Positions 35,318 through 49,622 of a DNA stretch of 64,000 nt are shown piece by piece. A program made the translations under genes and the position numbers. The DNA comes from Anolis carolinensis (taxonomy: Eukaryota). Below the pieces are notes generated by a model. The model saw nothing but the letters and a program-made list of their open reading frames with translations. It had not been told where the DNA came from and did not search any database. Each line of letters opens with the position of its first letter. The stretch's first letter is position 1. The stretch is taken from the NCBI RefSeq assembly GCF_035594765.1, contig NW_026943823.1:7378001-7442000 (forward strand), written 5' to 3'.

Positions 35318-38300
35318 AGCTGTCTTGAGTCCCTACGGGGAGAAAGGCAGCATAGAAATAAAATTACGGTAATAATCAAGAACAATAACAATTTTCAGAG
35401 ACAAGTACTTCAGAAATGTAGAGTGACTCCACAGAACTTTTTTATTCAATCTGGCCCCATTCCACATTTTGTTTTATAGCATCCATCTTCACAAGCCCAC
35501 AGGCCCATTGCACAGACTGACCAATAATAATGGGACTATGACAACAACCAATATCTTTTTTTAAAGGAATTTTAAAGTAGAGGTTTCTACTATGGGTTTG
35601 TATCTCACAGAGTTGGCACCCTAAGAATGACAAGGGGGTGAAACCATGGAAGGCAATTTACCACCTGCAATGGGGAGCCCTAATAAAGATGCCAGCAGAT
35701 TACTAACAGAAAGTCAAGAATGCTATGTGGCATTTCTTAAAGAGTGCAGATCACCATACCTTGAAGGAATAAAATGGGTGTGGATTTACAAGCTTATAAT
35801 GCATATCAGGCCCATCTACACTGACCGTATAATCCAGTTTCTGAGTGCAGATTATCTGCCTTAAGCAGCCTAGTACAGAAACATAAAACAAGTTGCAGAG
35901 AACACATCTCCTTCCTCCCCTTTGTGCTGTTGGCTCCCAACACTTGACACCTGAAGCAATCGTCCCGACTTACAGTGAGGCCATCCCTATTATATGTCTA
36001 CATTGGGGTGTGCACAACTGTTTGGATTGTCTTCCAAGAGTCTGCATATCATCATTTACACATGAATGTTAGCAGTGGAAAAAATGAGCCATGCAAATAA
36101 ACAGAACCCTGATCTCTGATCTAGCCCAAAGGTTGACAGACAAAAGATGGGAAGCAGCCTAGCTTGTGAGCAGCGATGTGTGAGGTTTTCCTTTTCAGGC
36201 CCTGCCTGTTCATAAAAGAGGGAGGAAGCCAAACAAATCAATCCTTTAACTTTGACGCAAGTGCCAACTCTATGAGATAAGAGGCCATAGGAAAAGCCTC
36301 TACTCGCTTCCCAACAACCCCTCATTTCCTGTCTGCCCTGTAACAAATGTACCAAGCACAAAATAGCTGGGAAAGGCGATATGCGACTACAGCTTCACTC
36401 TAATCAGTACCAATAATGCCACATATAAATCTTCCAAATATATAAGCTATCTGTAAATCAACCGGTAATTGTGTTATTACCAAAAGAGCAATCCAACCTC
36501 TAGGAGCAACTATAGTTTGCTTCCTTTCTCTTCTGCAGCAAGAATCGCATCACAGATGTTTTAGGTGCTGACAGAATAAACTTGCTACTTTTGGAAAGTT
36601 TTAAACCTCTTCTTGGTTGAAAACCTGCTTTTGTGCCTTTCTGGGTCCCTTTTAAACCTGTCACTTGCTTTTGTTTTGTTTAACAATCTCAAAAAGCACA
36701 AGCTTTAAACAAAACTATGAATGAAAGTGATGTTTTCAAGTTATTTAAAACACCTTACTGATATACTTTCTGTCTCCCTTGCAATACCTATTAGCATCTT
36801 CTGCTAAGAACAGATGTAATTGCAGCTGCTTGTACACTGAAATCTGACCGCTTCTTCTGTTTCAGCTCATCGGATTGGATGCCTCACAACAGATGACAGG
36901 TGAATTCCTGAAGATCTATGGCAGACTTTCAGTTTCATGTTGCTTCTATGGAGAAATAACATCATTTCTGGAAGTCAGATGAATGGCACAATGCCTTTTG
37001 AAGTTATTCGTAACCAGATGAGCCAGCAAAAAACAACAACAAAAAAACCCTAAATGATAAAATGTGCTCAAAATTTTAGGCACAATGTTCAAATGGCAGT
37101 AAGAGGGAAATGTGGATCAGAGAGAAAGTCCTTGTGGTAAATTAAAAGAGAATATGTCTATGTGTCATTTAACTCCAGTCACTCATCAGAAATCTTGGAC
37201 TTACAAATGAATGTTGGGGTTGCCAAGATTATAAAGTTCTTCCAAAGAGGACATCTATATAGTTGGATCTGGAATGGTATTTCCCCCCCCCCCCCCTTCT
37301 GTTCTTGTCTTTATTACAGTTTGGAATGGGGGATCAAAGACCTTTTGTGTTTTGGTACAATTTAGTTTTACTCTGTTTTTATTGTTTTAGTGTTTAGTAT
37401 GGAGCTTTAACTTGATACATGTGTATATTTGTATGCTTGATCTTTCTTTTATTTCTTTCTTTTGATCTGAACATTTTCTATGCTGTTGTAAAGGTAGATT
37501 GTGTGTGTAGTTAGCAGAGGCATTAATTTTGTTGAGGCTCACAAGATTTGCAAACCTCTGGCCAATGACTAGAAACATGAAGATCAAACATAACCCACCA
37601 ACCACTGCCAGAAAAGACATCAGTCCCGTTTGGTGAGAACACAAAGTCCTTCACTTCGACCAGATGGTACAGGGTGACAAAGACAAGGACCTCCCTCCCC
37701 TCATCAGAGTTAGAATTATTTCCTTTTGTAAGTAAATACAATGTTGTTCCAACAGGCTTTTATGAAACTGCCTGCAAGGGCTTTTAATCCTTTTACTTCA
37801 TTTTCAATTATTTAACTATACTTACCAATAATTTTGTATGTTTTCATATCTGTTTGGATGTGTTATAACTGCATTTGTTTTAATACTTGAAAGCTGTCTG
37901 GAGTCCCATTATTTGGAAAAGATGGGATTATACATGTGTGAATAAATTATATATAGACACACACATTTATAGGCGTAGTAAAATTATATATACACACACA
38001 TATTTATAGGTGTAGTAAAGTATTAGTGTCACTTGCAGAAGCTGCCAATCCCTGCTAGCAGCCATTCTGAAAGCTGACTCCCACCAAGAACTCATGTCAC
38101 TTTGTCCTAGTCAGAGGCAATGGGCACAGAAGATGCCAACCCAATGGAACAGATGGAAAGGTTGCTTGGACTAGTTATCCCGTAGTGACAGCAGCACATA
38201 TCTCCATATGAAAGGGAAAAAAGCAAGGTTGCATTCTGGTTTCATTCAGGGCTTTTGCTGGTATGTTGCCACATCACTGTAGTACACTTTATGTAAGGTT

Positions 38301-39203
38301 AATGCATCACTGGTTTCTATCCACTTTTCCTGAAGCAAACCAAGCATACAAATTACTGGACACCTGATGTGTAGCTATTTTTATGACATCTCTCCCCTGC
38401 CCTACCAGTTTCCCAAGTTGTAATTGAGTGTCTTCTGTCAATGGGCAAGCACATCTCCTGTATCTGATGTCCATACACTTTAAAAGCAGCTCATTCAGGA
38501 CATGTTATCATTTGGGCTTTTTTAACTTGCAAGAAACAGACCCTTTATTCCCACTCTCTCAATTTCAGTGGCATTACACAGAACTCTTTTTGACTATCAT
38601 TACTCACCTCCAAAAAGAAGTAGGCGGTGAGTGGAAGAACATTCACATTCATCTTGTTCAATGCATTCACAATAAAAGGTCATCACTTTTTGGTGATGTT
38701 CTGACTAAAGTCTTTAACACACTCACGTTTATTCGTCTAATAAAAGACCAGCTCTTTTAGCATACAGTCTGCCTGTTCTAGCATCTGTACAATAGTAATG
38801 AAGACACAGTTCTCCAATAAATAGTTTAATAAGGTCACGTGACAATGGAGGGAATGTAGCAGCCTCCTTGAATCCCCCTTTGCCTGAGGCACAGAACAGG
38901 GGAAAAGCACAGCCTGCTGCAAAATCCACACTGCAAGCAGCTGCACCCAGAAGGACTGCTTGAACACAGATCTTCATAGAAGATACAGACTTGGACCCAT
39001 ATGCTCTCCCCTTCTTGGCCTTGTGGGAAAGCACATGCAAAAGACCCTCGTGCGGTTTTCTCCCTGGTATCCAGGCCACATGCCCAGACTGAGCATCCAG
39101 AGTGGGGGTGATAGCCACAGTCCGAACAGCCAAGGAGCATGAAGATGCAAAAAAGGAGGAGGTGAGCAGGAAGGGCACATCGGTCACCAGTCCGAACTGG
39201 TCC

Positions 39204-41950
39204 CTAGAAAGGGAGTCTCTTCAGCTGCTCATAGGTGATAAAAAACTGTCATCGAGTTAAGGAAAAACGTGTGGGCAGCATTTACCGTTCCATCTCTCCC
39301 TACTCATCTCTTTCTCTCCCACCTCGAAGCACACAGCAGAATGGAAAACCAGTCATGCTCCCTAGTGAGCTGACATTACAAAGACAAGGAGAAATTTAGA
39401 AATCAGCTGGTTTTACAAAAGAGCTGTGTATTCATTCCTAAAGTAATTCCCCACTCAAAGTACTAAGACATATTCATCATCAGAGCTGTGGGAGTTGAAG
39501 GAATGGTGCTTGTTTTTTTTTAAAAAGGAATATGATAAGGTGATGGATTTTTCTTAATTTAAAGTTTCTGAAAAGGTAAGAAGGTCATCTGCCAGGGATG
39601 CTTCAGCTGTGAATTTGGTTCACTAGGAGATGGTTGGATTAGATAGCCTTAGCTTTAATTCTATGACATCTGTATCACTAGACTGTATCACTGATTACTT
39701 ACACAACTTATGACTAGGGAGACTACAAAGGCTGTTTTACTAAGCAAAAGTGTATATATTCAGAGCTTCAATAAGCAACTTAAAAATATATAATTCATAG
39801 AATCCCAATTTTTGAAGCTGCGCTCATGCTGGAGAATGACATTTCCAACCTATGGCTTTGGGCCTTTTAGGAAAGCAACCAATGTTATATCATTAACACT
39901 GGGGTGGGCAACTGCCAGGGATTGGAGGCTGCATTGACTCCCCAGCATACCCTGGTTGTCAACCTCAATTGCTCATCCCAAAATCTGTTTTATTTTGCCT
40001 TTTGCTCCCAACATCCCAATACCCGCCTTGCACTATGTTATCTCTACACCATTTTAAATCAAAGAGGGGCCTTTGTCCAGCAGGAAATGATATGCTGGAC
40101 AAAGTGTGGCAAAATCAGTCATTTGGGGGCAAAAGAAGGTAAGGAGGCTGGAAGAACTAAAAAGAAAAGCCCCAAGAGCCACATGGAGCACAAGGGCAAG
40201 CTTTATTCATTCCTGTTTAACTGATGTAAAACATTTGTTCTTTTTATGCCAGACAGTTCAACTACCTCTCTGAAATGTTTGATTTCAAAAACAGACTGGT
40301 TGGAAATGCTAGAAGAAAATACACAGTGAATCCTAAATAAGTGGTGAACAAACAAAGCTGCTTCAAGAAATTCTACGGACATTTCAGTAGAGATATTTCA
40401 CAAACTATCCATGCCTGTAGCTGCCAAGCCTCCCTTTGCCCAACATGACCTTTCACACACAGAAGGATACAATGATGTTCCAGGGCCCAAGCCTCAACCA
40501 ATTTGGCAAGAATCCTTTGTACAATGCGAAGAAACCCTCACTTTTCCATGTCTGGGAAGGAGAGAATTAATTCTGGTCTACAGTCACACAAGGCCAAATA
40601 GCAGAATAGGAGGCAATCATATTTCTCATGGATCAAGTTTGTTCTTTTGAAGTCCATGCCAGTTTTTCAATGTCATACAAATCCCCAAAAGGGAGACTTG
40701 GGACAGGAAACTACAAAAGACACAGGCTTTGGTGCAAATACAATTAATACAAATGGAATTTGTAAGCATAACAACCTGCTACTAGATTGTTCTTTTGCAT
40801 TTTGCAGTCTGGAAAAATCTACTTTACTTCATCTTGTTTCCAGAAAAACTGAAATATTAATGTACAAAAGGAGATCCACTGAATTATTCAAAGCATGGGG
40901 AGTTGGAATAGAAAAATTCTACTGATTCAATGGGTACACTAGAAGATGAACAACAGAGTTTAGGCCATTATGGGTTTATTTAGGTATAAGAAAGGGACTG
41001 AAAAAGCATTTCATACTCACTGCTGGAATATGCTAGAGTTTTAACAGTTTCTTTTAGTGAAGTTAAAAATACTCCTTACACCCACATTTACCAACATAGG
41101 TTAATTCTTCTACAGTTATACAAATTCAGAAGCATTTTGGGATTTTCCCCACCTCCCACTTTGCCACTTAAAAGGACTGCTTTCTAAACCTTACCTTTAC
41201 CAGACCGTCCAATGTGCCCCTATAGAGGTCCACACTCCCCACTATGGCCCGCTGATTCATCATACGGGTCCGCACCACATCCACTGGGTTTGAAGCAACA
41301 GCACCAGCTAAGCCACATGTAAAACTGGATCTATACAGACAAGCACATAAGAACCCATGCTAAATGCTATACTCCAGACAAAGCCATTCAGGATTGTGAT
41401 TTCCTCATATTCTTAAAACAGTGCTTCTGGCAACTGACCCAGGATAATTTCCACACGGGGAGAAGCATGTGCAAGAAACGAAAAACTTCTGCTGAACTCA
41501 GCCATTACCCACAGTCACCACCAAACACTTCTGAGTCTTTAGGGCATGCAGACCAAACCCAAAAGGAGAAGCATACAGTCTTGGTAGATACTTACATAAA
41601 ATGAGTGAGAATTGTGTCCCCCACGAGTCCTGAAAGAATTAAGTGCTTTTTGGTGATGTCGTAGACCGGAAGTTCGACACCCACCACAATGGCAGCTCGC
41701 TGGGCCGTGGGAACTACACCCTATCAAATGAAAAGAAAAACCTGGAAGTTAGTGGCCTTGGCCACAGTTTCACTGTCTTTATCTAGAATACCCCAATATG
41801 CTTTTTCACAGCTGCCTAATGTCTGCAGTCCTTTGGAAGAGATGAGTCGAATGGCTGTTAGATTTACTTCCAGGATTCTGAGGAAAAGAACATCTTAAAA
41901 AATAACTTTCTGTCCCTGTTCTTGAGAACAGGAAGCTAAGAAGCAAATGT

Positions 41951-41982
<32 letters not shown>

Positions 41983-44900
41983 TTTCCTTTATACCCCGCC
42001 TTTCTCTCTGTGGGGACTCAAAGCAGATATGTCTGAGGTGTATTTTCTAGGGCAAAGAGGTACAAAGAAGGAATGGGGCGAGAAGAAGAGGAATGACTGC
42101 TACTTCCTGCAGGCTTTTCAGTCAAGCTCATCTTCCTCCCACTCCAACACTTTGCTAGGCATGCAACCAAGCTGACAGGGTGGTTAAGCCTCTAACGGGG
42201 CAACAGAAATGAGGCTGATTCGATCTGCACAGCCGAAGCAGAGACATCCCACCCCACAAGCAAGTTGATTTACGAGTCACAGGAAATGAGCCAAAAGCCG
42301 TCCCCTTTAAGTGCATGGAGATACCGTTAAGATTAGCAAGGTCTGGTAACGCTGACTTAGTTCTGGGCAACAGAGTGTGGCTTGGGACATAGAGGAGTGG
42401 CAGCCACAGGTGCAGGAGTTGACACAGGCTGGAATGTCTAGAATTTCATCCCAGTTTCAAATGTTGTAACAAAGAAATTCTTGAAATGAGTTGGTTCAAC
42501 AAAAATGATAAGGAACGATGAGGATTTGCAGGCAAAGAAAAGAAAGAGGTCTGCACCTACTGCCCAGTTTTACTATTACCTTGGATTCTATTGCTTTCTA
42601 TCTTGTGAAAAACATTTTAAAATCAGAACTACAGTAGAACCTCAACTTGAAAGCATCCCAACTTTAGAGCATTTTGAGTTAAGAACTGTCATTAGGCTCG
42701 GGTTTTACGTTGACATACAAGGACCGTTTTGCGTTAAGAGTTAGTGCCGCAGGAAGCACTATTGTGAGAGTATAGGGCTCTGAGGCTTCAAGGGAGCAGC
42801 CTCCGTGCCTCGTGCTCTTTGTCAAGCTTTGGCGGATTGCCGTCTACTTTGCTCTTGTCCACTTTGAGGAACTTTGGGTTAGTTGATTTTGTGTGGGGTT
42901 TTTTTTATTCCTGGTATGTTTCATGAAGATAGAGAGAGAGCAAAAAAAGTATCTATAGAAGTTTTTTCACTGAAAAACAAAACTGTGAAGCATGGGACAC
43001 AGGTGCTACAAAATGTTCCTGGGGGAAAGGACTGGGGGCCCCTCAAGCACCACTTACCCGCCAGAGCCCTCGCGTGCCTTCTTGCTGATAGATGTCTATG
43101 AAGCTTCCAATCATTCCACCCTGGAACAGGCTGCCCTGAGCTTGCATTCGGATCTAAAAAGGAGATGGAAGATCAGCAAGTGACTTCTGTGTCAAGGAAG
43201 CAAATCAGTAACGTTTCTGAAAATATGAAGGAGTCAACTGTAACCCAAAATACATGCTTGGAAAACTGAGATGCTAAGGATGAATACTCCAAGCCCTTTA
43301 TGGGACGGAGGACAAGCTTCTCAAATTCTCTTGCCTGATTTAATTGGTCCTCAAGCCATAGCCCATAAGTGGGTCATGTTCTACCAATAGTGGGGTTTAT
43401 TTCCTTGCAGGCAATCTCCTGAGAGTGGCATTCTGGAGCCAGTAGGAGGCAAGATCTCTCTGTCCTCTCCCCATCTTAAGAACTGAAAGGGGAGGGATAG
43501 AATACTCTTGCTAGAGTTCTGAATAGATTATGTACTTTAAAAGTAGGTTGAAAGTGCAGGATGTCCTTACTGTAATCTAAAATAATATCTTAACCAGTTT
43601 CTTTTGTTCTTTCTAAGGGTGGAATTTTTCTAGGAGACGGGGAACAAACCCAAACCAGACAAATTGTGATCACATTCAGGGGAAAGCAGGTCTTCTGTCA
43701 TCTTAAACAGTGGTGAAAAAGATGGGATTTTGTCTGATATTGCTCTTATTTCTGAATTATAAGATACATTTGCCCAAATTTTATCCAACAGACAGAAACA
43801 TGTACATAGCTATGGTGGATTATGGATGTGAAAAAAATGGAGGCTATTGCTCTACATCCTCCCAGTTACCAAAACAATTTAAATTGCACCAATGTGAACA
43901 ATTTAGCAATGTTGTTAAAGATTGTTCATTTATTGTTGGTCTTGTCCTCAGAATGAATGATACTTGAAATAGTAGCTGTGGAAATGTGTCATGTTGTGGA
44001 AGCAAAACAAAACAATTCATTGACAACGGTTGTAGTAAGACAGCTCACATAAGAAAGAAGACTTTAAAGAAAGCCCCTCTTACCTTCAAAACATCTGTTG
44101 GGTTTGCCAGTGCAGAAGATATTACTCCTGATACTACCCCACAGATAACATTGATCAGTAATGTTTCATCTGCAATTGGGAAAAAGGATTATCTCATATT
44201 GTAAATATTGTATCACAAGATGAAATATCAATGGCACAAATTTCAAGAAGGAAAAGTGAAAGTGATGAAAGATCAAATCCTACTTGAAGACAAAAGACTC
44301 CAGCTTCCCAGTCTCTTCTACTGGACACATGGCATTAAGGACAGCAATATATCTCTGCTGAATTCTAATCAAAGCAACTGTCATGGTTGATAACACAAAG
44401 GAAGGAGTAGGCTCCCCATTATATTGCTCTTCACAGGAGTTGTCAGCTTACCCAGCAAGGTGGGGAAAGTGAACCCAGAGGGTGGCAGATAGCATTCCAA
44501 GGCTATTTGTAGACACCTACAGCCCCACAAAAACTTTTGGATCACTATTACAAAAAGTAGGCCCAAAGAGGACCAAAATTCTCTCCTGTGCCCAATGAGT
44601 ATTTTGAGGGAAATTAATTTAAAAAAATTTAAGCAGGTGGAAGTGGCACACTAAAGTCCCCTATCAGGTCAATGGGACTCTCTTACACCTGCCAGTTGCT
44701 CAACCTATGTCAAGAAGTGCCACCCAATCTAATGGTCCCCTGGAAGAACTTTAATTGGGACTAGAATGGGAACAAACCCAGCAAAGTTGATAAGGCAGTT
44801 AGTTCAGAAAAGAAAAGCTAAGAGTTAGAGTGGAGTTATGCTGGGAAGGGCAGAAGTACTGACCGCAGCACTCTCCAAAGGAGACCGGGTCACTGGCTGC

Positions 44901-47900
44901 CCTCGGCCTGCGGGAAAACAAACATTTAGGACATAGTACCCATAAGCAGAAAGACCACAAAACAGCATATCTGCAGAGGCAACCTCATGGGACAGTGAAA
45001 AGACAAGCAAGGAGGCATGACTGTTAGATATCAATCACGACATAATGTTCCATTGTTGTAAACTCTACAGGTAGTCATAATCTACACCATAGTTTAAACA
45101 TCTGAAGCCTGGAGGTGATTAGAGTACCAATATAATAATGTTTTGGTCAAGCAAGAGATCCAAGTTTCCTCTAAAAGGTAAGAAAAATTACTGCACTGTA
45201 GAGAAACTGAATTGTGGTTCAAAAGAAGTGATAGAAAGAATGGCAGGAAACAGGCCAATCAGACACTAATAGTCTCCCCATCGTGAATTATGGCTAGAAT
45301 CTTTCCGAATTCAATAGGTTTCATGAAACACAATTATTGTTCCTACTCCCAATGTCTGGAGTAACATGCATAGTGTCCATCACAGAAGTTTCCTACATGC
45401 AGTACCCAAAACCATAGAAATCAGTTTCAAGCAACAACTACTGAGTCAAGTAGAAATTTATTTTTGGCCCATGTCCTGACAATATGTAACCCACTTGGGT
45501 GGATAGCAAGGTTGTTCTCTTTCCCTTGAAAACTTTAAAGGAAGAAAAAAATATCTTTTTCACCCTGACACACAGTCTTTCAAAATAAAAGTCAATTTCT
45601 GTAACACTTTTGAATATAATTTTGTATTTTGGAAACAAAATGGTAGTTTTTTTGTGCACTTTGGAGATCTAAAACCTTAAGTTAGACACAGGAGACAGAA
45701 AGAGGTACATAACAAATTTATCATAATTACTAATAATAGCACCATTAATGCATTGCCATCACTACTGAGAATAAGAATAATAATAACATTAATAGTACAT
45801 TTATTATATGCCTCTCCCTATGGCTGAAAAGCCCACAATATCTTCCTGACACACTCACCTTCTAAACGATCCACAAAAAGCCGCTTTAAACTTTGATATA
45901 TACCAATTTTTATGGTGCCATAGGATGCTTGTCTTAACAAGGCTGGAGCAATCCTGTGGAAAGAAAATAAGCTCAGATCCACAGCACGATTCTACCTCAT
46001 GTCCCAGCACCCACCTCTAGTTCATAATATCTAAAGTTATATGAAGTAATGAGGAATGGCTAGAAAGAATGAGAGGGACATAACTTTACCCAGAATATAA
46101 CGCTAGAATGCCTTCCTCCCTAGAGATGCGGAACAAGGCATGAAACATGCCCCGGTACTTGATCTCTCGGAAACGGGCATCAATGCTTTGTCCTTGGACT
46201 TGAAGTCGCGTTTTGGTCAGATCTACAGGGAAGGTCCCTGAAAGAGAAAACAAAACAAAACAGGCCACAGTTCAGACAATGCAGTGACTGGGTCACTTTG
46301 CCCTCAACACAATAGTGATGCACAGATTTGATTAGGATGCAGAGAAGCTTGTGGATTTATTTTCCATTCTACACAGTCCAACCATAGCCTGAACTAATCT
46401 AATTCATCCAAGTTATATTTGTTCCAGTTGTATTTCACACTCATTTAAGCAGCACAAGGGGATTCTCAGGCAGTCTTTCATCCAAGTGCTGACCAATGAT
46501 TTCTCTTGAAAAGAAGAATTACGCAATGACTACAGCATCTTATTTATAGATTCTTACATTACAGAACTGAACCAACACTACTTCAAGGTGAAATACTCAA
46601 CACAGTGAGGTTGTATCCTATTATTGCAAAATATCACAATGATATCAGCAGAAGAACTTCAATATCACCATTCTTTCCATTAAGCAATTCTGCAAAAACA
46701 TTAGATGCAAACTCTTAGTGCTACTACCACTGTCAATTTGAAATTACTGGACTGTAGCAATCAATAAATCAAGCTCCTTCACTGTCACCACAAATGAGAT
46801 AGAAAGTCAATTGCCATTCTACAATAATTCTGACCTACCTTACTTTAGTTGTTGTAAGGATTACTGGAAATATATGAAAATCAATTTGAGCACTTTAAAC
46901 ACCTACATGTTTGGCTGGCTTCCTTCTACCAACATGGTAAAATCACACATACACCCAAATGGGCAAAGGAACAGAAAATTAGAAATAACAAAATTCTTAT
47001 AAGAAAATGATAATACAATTAGGTAGAACATCATTTTAGGCTATGAAGAGAAGCACCTATATAAATAAATGCTAGCTATTACTTGGAAGGAAAAAAATCC
47101 AAGGTAAACTTGCTCTATGTGAGGAGTTACCTATCCCGTATATTCACATGTAGTCTAGAAATTTCTGTCCAAAACTTTGTCTAGAAAAACTGGGTGACTC
47201 ATCCACGGATCGATGTGAATACTGACCTTATTGTGAAAGGAACCATTCCCTTTTTAAAATAGACTGGGGGGGGGGGGGGCGTTGGCCTCCTGAGGTTGCA
47301 TAAGTGGAAAGGCCTGGAATCATGGATTTTGGTGCCCAAATCATAATTTTGGCTCTAAAAACTGCCTTTGATTTAAACATGAAGTATACACAGTAGTATT
47401 GCTCTAACTATTATTTAGGGAAAGAAAAACCTAGATAATGTATACAATCAGGAGTCACTGTCGAAAGTCAGATTTGATGCAGTAGAAAAAAAGAAACAAC
47501 AACAAAAAGGAGTCTTGTGACATCTTGTGGACAGAATGTGGTACAAGCTTTGCAGACTACAGTCCACTCAATCACACATATAGAGTTGTCGAAGGCTTTC
47601 TCCAGGCTGTGTGGCTCTGTTCTAGAACTGCCATATATTCCAGTTCAAAGCAGATAATGTGAGATTGTTACTTAGGCGATCCCTCGTAGTTCGAGGAGGA
47701 TTGTCTTCTATCTTTGGTGTCTTGGGTGTGTGTCCGTAGATGGCTGAAGAGACCTATTCCTGATCTGCATGTTCTCCCGCAGTGAGGACATCAGTTTCCA
47801 GGTGGAAGGCGGTCAGTCAGGGTTGGCTTGATGGGCCACACTGACCATCTGAGGCCACACTGCCATATATCTCAGTTCAAAGCAGATATTGAGGGACTTC

Positions 47901-48654
47901 CTGCCTTGATATTCTGGGCTGTCTGGCTGTGTGGAAGGGCCCTCGGTTATCTGAGTCCACACTGCCAAATAATCCAGTTCAAAGCAGATTTTATACAGCT
48001 GCGTGGAAGAGGCCTCAGGCCATTCTACACTGCCAAATAACCCAGATTATCAAAACAGATAATTCACATTATCTGCTTTAAACTGGATTATCTGAGTCTA
48101 CACTGCCATATAATCAAAGCAAACAGTCTGGATTTTATATGACAGTGTAGAAGGGGGCCTCAGGCAGTTACTGGGCTTTACAATTGCCTTCAGGACAAGA
48201 GCGGAAGGAACCAAGTTAGATCAATGTTAATTTTCAGTTATCACACTTCAGCTGAGCCTGCATTGTAGATTTAATGCAGTTTGACACCGCCATGAATTCG
48301 TGGGAGCTGTAGTTTGGTGAGGCAATTCAATGATAGCTGAGGAGTCAGTAGCCCGCACAAAGGGAAGGCCCGAAAGGCTTCCCTCTCCATCATCATCATC
48401 ATCATCATCATCGTGCCCGAGTAGGATGGCAAAGCAAGCAAGCTCAGGCTACACAGGCCGCAGGGAAGCAGCTCGCCGTTACTAAGCAACAGGAAAGGTG
48501 TGGCCTACATCCCGCGGTCACTGAGAATGGAGAATGAGCCTAGCACGCATGCGCACATGCGACCCTCACGCCGCCCCTCCCTCCACTCACCAAACTCGGC
48601 CACGAGCGAGGCCAGCCCGCCGTACACGAACGGCTTCCAGCTCAAGGCCGACAT
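39204..48654 (-). CDS. SLC25A14: Brain mitochondrial carrier protein 1 / UCP5, 290 aa
   Basis: Exons 48654-48591, 46237-46090, 45953-45859, 44169-44084, 43153-43058, 41720-41596, 41330-41195, 40551-40471, 39245-39204 (TAG). Three carrier signatures ([24 protein letters not shown]). [20 protein letters not shown] identifies SLC25A14 rather than SLC25A30. Confidence 0.95.
47669..47831 (-). mobile_element. RTE LINE 3' end
   Basis: Reverse complement of the 3' end seen at 2240-2405. Confidence 0.7.
47850..48160. mobile_element. Cluster of palindromic Harbinger-like MITEs
   Basis: Repeated ACACTGCCATATAATCCAGTTCAAAGCAGATA units in both orientations. Related copies at ~20136-20270, 20730-20868 and 61376-61515. 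Confidence 0.5.
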
Positions 48655-48965
48655 GGCGGCCGAAGAAGCGAGCCGGCGGCGCCTTCCCGGGCGCGGCCTC
48701 GCTCCTCGCCTTCAGCAGAAGGAAGCAACGCGGTCCGGCAAGCCCCTCACTCGGGGGAAACACAGGCAGGATGGCGCTGCCGGTTTGGTCGGCAATGCGC
48801 AGGCTCGGCCTCAAGCTCGCGATTGGTGGAACGGCTGAAGACTCCACGACAGAGCCGCAAAGGGGCCGAGCCCCGCCCCCGCGTGATGTCAGTCAGTGTA
48901 GCCCCGCCCCCTTTGCCTTCAGTGTGTTCTGCGACCCTAGAGGTGCGCCTGCGCAGTCTGGCACC
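48655..48965 (-). promoter_or_regulatory. SLC25A14 CpG-island promoter / 5' UTR
   Basis: CpG-rich, with GC boxes (GCCCCGCCCC twice), CCAAT, and NRF1-like GCGCCTGCGCA at ~48945. Confidence 0.65.
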
Positions 48966-49462
48966 ACTTTCACTTTTTCTCATTTTCATTGTTTAATGCA
49001 ATGATGGGCAACCTTTTGCACTTGGTGTGTCAAAATTCACCAAAAAACATAGCATGACTTGGGTGGTGTATCACTTTGAGAAAAAACCCATACTTTTGCA
49101 ATATGTATAGTTTAAATAACAAAAAATGTATAATTGCAATATATAACTGTATTTAATAAATCAAAAACTATTTACTACCATTATTTCCATGTACAACAAT
49201 CTATGGTACCTCTTGCAGTTTCCACGCTGATTTCTCTCTATTGTAGTTTCAATGTAGTCATGAATAATGAATAATATAATAATAATATAATGGTAATAAT
49301 ATGATAATATACTACAATAATAATAATAGAATAATAATAGAATGATATAATATATATATATAAATGTAATGTGCATAATTCCCATGGAGTAAACAACAAA
49401 ACCACTGGACCAAATCACACCAAATTTGGTCACAAAAGACATAGTCATCCAATCAATCTGAT

Positions 49463-49622
49463 TCAGGTTCCAAGTTTTAGCCTGCCACTTTTGGACTCTC
49501 GCTTGCTGAGGTGTTTCTGCGAGTATCTCTGTAGATCTTAAGAAGCTATTTCTTGATTCAGGCTTGCTGGCTGATATCCGAACAGAGGATGCGCTGGAGA
49601 TGTCAATGCCTTCGACCTTTCC
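49463..49622 (-). mobile_element. Vingi-like LINE fragment
   Basis: Reverse complement of 28465-28630. Confidence 0.65.

Noticed and set aside
48500-49004. Overlapping 80-156 aa ORFs (and similar at 30303-30695)
   Set aside because: Stop-poor CpG-island artefacts.
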